A stretch of 64,000 nt of DNA from positions 3,895 through 67,894 of the forward strand of contig JAHISJ010000002.1 of NCBI GenBank assembly GCA_018818205.1, in the 5' to 3' direction. The position numbers were made by a program, and so were the translations under genes. The first letter of the stretch is position 1. Every line of letters starts with the position of its first letter. Below the pieces are notes generated by a model. The model was not told the DNA's origin, made no database searches, and saw only the letters and a program-made list of their open reading frames with translations. Source of the stretch: Patescibacteria group bacterium. GTDB lineage: Bacteria > Patescibacteriota > JABMPQ01 > JAHIRA01. Positions 58,535 through 64,000 of this stretch are shown in pieces.

Positions 58535-58682
58535 ATAGAAAAATTTGATGGAAGACGCAAAAAGCATCTTCCTTTTTTTTATGGAAAGATTTTTTTGCAA
58601 AGAAAAAGGCACACATAACTATGTGTGCTCAGTAAAATCATTCCATACGTTTTTGTCAGCAATAGCGCTATTTTATTTAGCC

Positions 58683-59936
58683 TTAGTCGTTTTCTATCCA
58701 AGCGCTTGTAACAGCCATGTACATCAAAACCGCTTCAGCCATCTCAGAAATACTATTCCACTCATCGGGAATGTGATTCCTGTGTCTGTCCCCTGGTCCA
58801 AATTCATTAATAGTGTCAAAACCAGCTTCGCCCCAGAAGAACGCGTCGTTTGCACCGGTGGAAATATGCATCTTAGCACGGTTGCCGGACTTTTCAAGAA
58901 CTACCTGCTCGAGTGTTCGTGCTGCTTTTCCTTCTGTGTCGGTAACATGACCTTCCACAGGGGAATGCAAAAAATTAACGTCTGCCGTAAAACTTTCATG
59001 AAGTGATTTTTGAACATGTTCTTCTAGTAGCTTTGCAAAAAGTGCGAAGTTATCAACAAAAAGCGGCTCACCCATTCTGCAATCTAAAATAACTGTTGCG
59101 GTATTTGGAATAGTGTTGGGTTTTGCTGGGACAATTTCTCCATCGGTAAAAATCAGATTTGAATTCAATCCTGTAACTGAGATTGTCGGTTTTCCAAGAA
59201 CAGGATCAGTGTAGTCTCTTATTAGTATTTCTTCAAAAGTAGAGATAGAATGTACAATCGAGCAAGTTTCTGCTGCTGCGTTTAGACCACGTTCAGGTGT
59301 TGATCCGTGACAGCTCTTACCGTGAATAGTTATTTTAATAAAAGCATTACCCTTATTGGCACAGGTGTATCCATCAAGACCGGTCGGCTCACCAACAATA
59401 ACCATGGTTTTTTGAGGATCTATCACCAGCTCTTTCAAATGGTCTTTAAAATAGTCAGCAGTAATCCGAGAGCCAAGTCCACTGGTTTCCTCCTGGGAAA
59501 CCAGCGCAACAATAATACGTCCGTGTTTTGCGGCTTCTGTGATTGCAAAATGTTTTGCAGCAAGCATCATTGAGACTGCAATACCGGTTGCGTCATTGGA
59601 CCCAAGTCCGTAAAGCCTGTCATCAACCACTTTGGGAGAAAAGGGATCAGTGACGGTCCATTTCTTCGGAGAGGGAACAACAGTATCAAGATGTGTGGTA
59701 AGAATAAGCGTGGGTCCAGTCGGCTCCCCAACTGCAAATGAAATGTTTACTGATCCATCCTTTTCTATCTTAACCGGAGAACAGTTCAAATTGTTGGAAA
59801 CCCAAGTAAGTACTGCTTCAATAACGTTAGCTTCGTTTCCAGAGGTGCTTGGGATAGCAATGAGCTTAGAACAAAGCTCAGTCACTTCCCTTTGGATTTC
59901 AAATGACATTATTCCTCCTAGATATAAAAAAAGCAC
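58683..59936 (-). CDS. M20-family metallopeptidase/deacylase (second paralog)
   Basis: HLDTVVP, GSNDATG, SQEETSG motifs. The likely start is MSFEIQ at 59909. Confidence 0.8.
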   Translation of the reverse strand: MLFLYLGGIMSFEIQREVTELCSKLIAIPSTSGNEANVIEAVLTWVSNNLNCSPVKIEKDGSVNISFAVGEPTGPTLILTTHLDTVVPSPKKWTVTDPFSPKVVDDRLYGLGSNDATGIAVSMMLAAKHFAITEAAKHGRIIVALVSQEETSGLGSRITADYFKDHLKELVIDPQKTMVIVGEPTGLDGYTCANKGNAFIKITIHGKSCHGSTPERGLNAAAETCSIVHSISTFEEILIRDYTDPVLGKPTISVTGLNSNLIFTDGEIVPAKPNTIPNTATVILDCRMGEPLFVDNFALFAKLLEEHVQKSLHESFTADVNFLHSPVEGHVTDTEGKAARTLEQVVLEKSGNRAKMHISTGANDAFFWGEAGFDTINEFGPGDRHRNHIPDEWNSISEMAEAVLMYMAVTSAWIEND

Positions 59937-59990
59937 ACATAGCGCATGCTTAATGAAGTGTAACAGTAAATGGATTATTGTAAATAGCTA

Positions 59991-60383
59991 TCAAATAGTG
60001 GGATTATACTCGCCAAACTTTTTGCCACGTTCGACAACAGTCACCTCAACCTCAGCAAAACCAAAAAATTCTTGAGTAAAAGCAACAATAGCATCCACAG
60101 GAATATCCGTTTTACACGTGGCAATGTCTATCATGACAAACCCTCGCTCGTCAAAAGTATGGATCGCAATGTGGCTTTCACTAATGACAGTAACACCTGT
60201 CACGCCACCTCTGTCTTTTTCTGAGACTGGTTTTGCGACAAGATTGTGGGGTCCAAAAAGTACGTTCATGCCACACAGGCGCGTAGCTTCCAATTGATAT
60301 TCGGTGATTGCCTCAGTATCACAAAACAATGCGTTGTTTCCCCCATAACAATCAAGAATAATGTGTAAACCGAAAAATGACAT
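59991..60383 (-). CDS. speH: pyruvoyl-dependent S-adenosylmethionine decarboxylase proenzyme, SpeH-type (AdoMetDC / arginine decarboxylase family)
   Basis: FGLHIILDCYG and the self-cleavage site ISESHIAIHTFDE...DIATCK characteristic of the SpeH family. The start is taken at MSFFG, so the track ORF is shortened. Confidence 0.75.
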   Translation of the reverse strand: MSFFGLHIILDCYGGNNALFCDTEAITEYQLEATRLCGMNVLFGPHNLVAKPVSEKDRGGVTGVTVISESHIAIHTFDERGFVMIDIATCKTDIPVDAIVAFTQEFFGFAEVEVTVVERGKKFGEYNPTI

Positions 60384-60790
60384 TGCGTCCCATCCTTTTT
60401 TTGTTGAAAATGATCTAAAAAAGCATTGTGATTGTATCACTGCTCTCTCTATATCTCAATGATATTTTTGACGCATTATACTTGTCAAACTGTTTTTTTT
60501 CTGATACGCTTGATATGCTTTGAGAGTTGAGTGTTAGTCAGGCAGTTTGGATAGTAGGTGATAACTGACCTACAGAGGCTCAAAGCTACATAATCATTAA
60601 ATAGGATTCCTTTAAGATGTACAGTACAAAGATGAAAAGGATGAAAAGCTAGGACAGTGGAGCGTTATACTATGAATCATTTTTCTTTCAGTGATTTAAG
60701 TACAGCAGAATACAGAAGTATCTTATGCGGCGCATAGGGTAGATCTTTGTGCACACATGCTCTTTTGGGACTCCGTAAGGGAGAAATCGT

Positions 60791-62314
60791 ATGAGCGTTA
60801 TTATGATAGCGGCGATTGTTTCATTGGTAGTTGGCACTGGAGCTGGATATGGCATTAGAAAGGTAGTGGCCAGAAAGCGCACTGATGAAGCAGAAGCCAA
60901 AGCAGGAAAACTGCTTGAGGAAGCTAAAACAAAACAGAAAGAGCTTGTTTTAGAGGGTAGAGGCAAGGCGATAAAAATAGCTGAGGAAGCAAAAGTTGAG
61001 GAACAAGAGCGTCGTCAGCAGGTTTTGCATGCGGAAAAAAGAATAGATAAACGTGAGGAAGCGCTGGATCAAAGAGAAAACTCGCTTGAGAGAAAAAACA
61101 AGGGTCTAAACAATAAAGAGCGTGAGATAAGCAAAATCAAGAAGGAGCTCATTGCAATCAAGCAGCAACAACTTGAGAAGCTAGAAAAAGTTGCTGCGCT
61201 TTCTACAGAGCAAGCGAAGAAGCATTTACTCAGTGTTGTTGAACGTGATCTGCGCACAGAAATTACCGATCAGATCAAGAAATACAAAGGCGTTGCAGAA
61301 GAGGAATCAAAGCGAAACGCGCAAAAGATTATTGCATTTGCCATAGAACGGTACTCACGTGATCAGTCAGCAGAGATGACTGCATCATCGGTAAATCTAC
61401 CGTCGGATGAAATGAAGGGACGTATTATTGGTAAAGAAGGCAGAAACATAAAACGATTTGAAGAACTGACTGGTGTTGAGATCATTGTTGATGATACTCC
61501 GGAAGCGATTGTCATTTCTGGATTTAATCCGATCAGACGGCATGTTGCAAAACGTGCGCTTGAAAAGCTCATTCAAGATGGCCGGATCCATCCTGCGAGA
61601 ATTGAAGAGACTATTTTAAAGGTTAAACAAGAGATTGCACAGGATATTAAAGAAGCCGGAGAAGAAGCGGTGTATGAGCTTGGTATTACCGGTCTTAATC
61701 CGAAGCTGGTACAACTCGTTGGGCGTCTTAAATTTAGATCAAGTTTTGGGCAAAATGTACTTAAACATTCAATCGAGGTGGCAAACATTGCCAATATGCT
61801 TTGTGAAGAACTTGGCGCGCGGACAAATATTGTTAAGCAGGCAGGGCTTCTTCATGACATTGGTAAAGCGGTAGATCATGAGGTTGAAGGCACGCACATT
61901 GAGATTGGTAGGAAGATTCTTGAAAAGTTTGGCGTTGCGGAAGAGGTCATTCATGCTATGGAATGTCATCATGGTGATGTTGAACCAACAACTGTTGAAG
62001 CAGTCATTGTGACCGCAGCAGACGGCATCTCTGGAAGTAGAGTAGGCGCAAGAAAAGATAGCTATGAAGATTATATTAAACGGCTTGAAGAGCTTGAGAA
62101 TATTGCTTCAACGTTCCCAGGTGTAGACAAAGTCTATGCCGTACAGGCGGGAAGAGAAGTTCGTGTTTTTGTACGTCCGGAAGAGTTGGATGATGAGGGG
62201 TCACTGCTTCTTGCGCGGAACGTGGCAAATAGAATTGAAGAAGAACTCAAGTATCCCGGTGAAATTAAAGTAAATGTAATTCGGGAACTTAGAGCAATCG
62301 AGTACGCCCGTTAA
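60791..62314 (+). CDS. rny: ribonuclease Y
   Basis: N-terminal TM, coiled coil, KH (GRIIGKEGRNIKRFEELTGV), HD domain (HSIEVANIA...LLHDIGKA). Confidence 0.95.
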   Translation: MSVIMIAAIVSLVVGTGAGYGIRKVVARKRTDEAEAKAGKLLEEAKTKQKELVLEGRGKAIKIAEEAKVEEQERRQQVLHAEKRIDKREEALDQRENSLERKNKGLNNKEREISKIKKELIAIKQQQLEKLEKVAALSTEQAKKHLLSVVERDLRTEITDQIKKYKGVAEEESKRNAQKIIAFAIERYSRDQSAEMTASSVNLPSDEMKGRIIGKEGRNIKRFEELTGVEIIVDDTPEAIVISGFNPIRRHVAKRALEKLIQDGRIHPARIEETILKVKQEIAQDIKEAGEEAVYELGITGLNPKLVQLVGRLKFRSSFGQNVLKHSIEVANIANMLCEELGARTNIVKQAGLLHDIGKAVDHEVEGTHIEIGRKILEKFGVAEEVIHAMECHHGDVEPTTVEAVIVTAADGISGSRVGARKDSYEDYIKRLEELENIASTFPGVDKVYAVQAGREVRVFVRPEELDDEGSLLLARNVANRIEEELKYPGEIKVNVIRELRAIEYAR

Positions 62315-62324
62315 CACAAACAGT

Positions 62325-63116
62325 ATGCTTAAAGTACTATTCTTTGGTGATGTCTACGGACGTCCAGGAAGACGTGCACTCAAGAAGGCAGTGCCAAAAC
62401 TAAAAAAACACTATGATACTGATATTGTTATTGCAAACGTAGAAAACGCTGCACATGGCGTCGGAATAACAAAAAAAACGCTCGCTGAGCTTATGGATGC
62501 AGGGATTGATTTTGCCACCTCAGGAAATCATATCTTTAACAGAAAAGACGGTATTGAGCTTCTCAATGAAAAAGATCCTGTTTTGATTCGTCCGGCAAAC
62601 TATCCTCCGGGGGCGCCTGGGGTTGGGTATAAGATTATCCCCATTAGAACGCAGAAGCTTTTGGTGGTTAATGTTATGGGACGCGTGTTTATGAAAGAGG
62701 ATTTGGATTGTCCGTTTAGAGCGATGGATACCATTTTAGACGAGGTTGGGAGTGATATAAAAAACATTGTCGTTGATTTCCATGCCGAGGTTACGAGCGA
62801 GATGATTGCGCTTGGCATGTATCTTGATGGACGGGTGAGCGCGGTGTTTGGCACACACACGCATGTGCCAACACAGGACTTTAAAATCCTTCCCGGCGGC
62901 ACAGCCTACGTCACCGATGTAGGCATGGTTGGGCCAACAAACTCGGTTTTGGGAGTCGATAAAGATATCATTCTTCGTCGCTATTTAACGCAAATGTCGG
63001 AGTCAATGGAGGTTGCCGATTCACCGCAAGCTGAGGTCAATGCCGTGTATTTTGAAATCGATTCAAAGGGAAAAGCAAGTAAAATAGAGAAGATCTACGA
63101 GGTGTATGACGTATGA
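62325..63116 (+). CDS. ymdB: YmdB-like metallophosphoesterase (2',3'-cyclic-nucleotide phosphodiesterase family)
   Basis: KVLFFGDVYGRPGRRAL...VIANVENAAHGVGIT...GNH signature. Conserved rny-ymdB pairing. Confidence 0.88.
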   Translation: MLKVLFFGDVYGRPGRRALKKAVPKLKKHYDTDIVIANVENAAHGVGITKKTLAELMDAGIDFATSGNHIFNRKDGIELLNEKDPVLIRPANYPPGAPGVGYKIIPIRTQKLLVVNVMGRVFMKEDLDCPFRAMDTILDEVGSDIKNIVVDFHAEVTSEMIALGMYLDGRVSAVFGTHTHVPTQDFKILPGGTAYVTDVGMVGPTNSVLGVDKDIILRRYLTQMSESMEVADSPQAEVNAVYFEIDSKGKASKIEKIYEVYDV

Positions 63117-63203
63117 TATCCACTTGCCCAGCAAAAAAGCCTTATGTAGAATGAAGTTGTTACTTAAAGCTAAGATAAACAAGCCCGAAAGGGGGTGAAA
63201 AAC

Positions 63204-63479
63204 ATGACAAAAACAGATCTTATCAACGAAATGGCAAGCAAAGCATCAGTATCAAAGAAAGATGCAGAAGCAGTGCTTGATGCCCTTATTACAACCGTTA
63301 CCGATGAACTTAAAAAGGACAGCAAGGTTGCAGTAACCGGATTTGGTACCTTTAAGGTTTCAAAGAGAAAGGCCAGGACTGGTGTTAACCCTCAAAAACC
63401 TACAGAGAAGATTCAGATTCCTGCAATGAATGTTCCAAAATTCACACCAGGAAAAACGTTCAAAGACGCAATTCGCTAG
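63204..63479 (+). CDS. hup: DNA-binding protein HU
   Basis: MTKTDLINEMASKASVSKKDAEAVLDAL...GFGTFKVSKRKARTGVNPQ. RBS AAGGGGG 9 nt upstream of ATG 63204. The track begins at an in-frame GTG at 63195. Confidence 0.92.
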   Translation: MTKTDLINEMASKASVSKKDAEAVLDALITTVTDELKKDSKVAVTGFGTFKVSKRKARTGVNPQKPTEKIQIPAMNVPKFTPGKTFKDAIR

Positions 63480-63617
63480 AGCGTTCGTATAATGTTCAAA
63501 CAAAACCTCGCATGGAGGAAACAAAGTGTGGGGTTTTGTTTTAGGAAGAAAATCGTGATTTTTTTTGAAAAAGGCAAGGCAGGTACAATTTTCTAAGGAC
63601 AAGCAATACGAAAAAAT

Positions 63618-63652
63618 GAGAATAAAAAAAGGAAGCGATTTATTTCGCTTCC
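63618..63652 (-). terminator. rho-independent terminator for the serpin gene
   Basis: GGAAGCGA-AATAAAT-TCGCTTCC hairpin followed on the minus strand by a T7 run. Confidence 0.6.
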
Positions 63653-63675
63653 GAGTCAATATTTAAAGTAAGATG

Positions 63676-64000
63676 TTATCGACTAAAGTCAGTTTCTTCA
63701 ATCCAGTGCTTAGGAGTAACATGTGCAATAAAGGGTGGAAAGTCTAGACCTTCCTTCCAGAATATAACAAAAAAAGGTCTGATTATTGTGTAACAATAAA
63801 TACGAGGTCCACCGCAAAGTGGTGGCATGAATACTGCAGCTTGCGCTTTAGCTCCCTTTTCATCAAGTCGAAGCTTAGTCTTCTTTTTTGCAGTTACAAT
63901 TGTATTGCTGTGTGCTTTCATTCCAGTCAAAAAATCTATATCAACATGTATGTCTAGTTCAACCATGGGGAAGCGCAATTTCGTAGACGCTAATGCGGTT
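63676..64000 (-). CDS. serpin-family protease inhibitor, C-terminal part (5' end of the gene lies beyond the window)
   Basis: Hinge/reactive-centre-loop pattern LDEKGAKAQAAVFMPPLCGG, s4B/s5B motifs IIRPFFVIF and PPFIAHVTPKH. The reading frame stays open to the window edge. Confidence 0.55.
   Translation of the reverse strand, partial: TALASTKLRFPMVELDIHVDIDFLTGMKAHSNTIVTAKKKTKLRLDEKGAKAQAAVFMPPLCGGPRIYCYTIIRPFFVIFWKEGLDFPPFIAHVTPKHWIEETDFSR

Overview
The window looks like a compact, AT-rich, gene-dense bacterial chromosome segment with many features typical of CPR/Patescibacteria-like genomes. These include a stand-alone 16S gene, a SufCBDSU-only Fe-S system, rubredoxin, an arginine deiminase, K/E-rich tails on ribosomal proteins and a single IS. 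All calls rest on reading the sequence and the ORF track by eye; no searches were run.

Content, left to right:
- 0.5-7.1 kb: an envelope-glycosylation block with two PMT/ArnT-like GT-C glycosyltransferases, an AI-2E transporter and an O-antigen-ligase-like protein.
- 7.2-13.4 kb: a small accessory region with orphan proteins, one IS481-family transposase and an 870-aa orphan protein.
- 13.4-19.1 kb: an Rrf2(IscR-like)-sufC-sufB-sufD-sufS-sufU operon followed by rubredoxin and an FNR-type reductase.
- 20.5-27.2 kb: rpmF, nusB, rnc, a short SMC, then rpsP-KH-trmD.
- 27.4-35.7 kb: a stand-alone 16S rRNA gene with its own promoter and terminator. The two canonical spacer tRNAs (Ile-GAT, Ala-TGC) are dispersed downstream and bracket a roughly 5.4-kb glycan island.
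- 35.8-38.1 kb: a PotD-like solute-binding protein translationally coupled to a Cache-HAMP membrane protein with no output domain.
- 38.3-49.1 kb: housekeeping genes (uppP, tsaE, trxA, prsW, hsp20, bactofilin, infB-rbfA-nrnA, cdaA-cdaR, clpP).
- 49.4-53.6 kb: an amidinotransferase-fold protein, an arginine deiminase and argS.
- 53.7-60.4 kb: a minus-strand amino-acid/peptide module (two M20 peptidases, an enolase-superfamily epimerase, a threonine-synthase-like PLP enzyme, SpeH-type AdoMetDC).
- 60.8-64.0 kb: rny-ymdB, HU, and a partial serpin at the window edge.

The most unusual element is the island between the two tRNAs: WecD- and WecE-like enzymes (dTDP-Fuc4NAc synthesis) embedded in a GtrA/GtrB/GT-C-like polyprenyl-phosphate sugar transfer cassette. 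The PotD-like/Cache-HAMP pair and the 870-aa orphan next to the IS are the other candidates for something undescribed.
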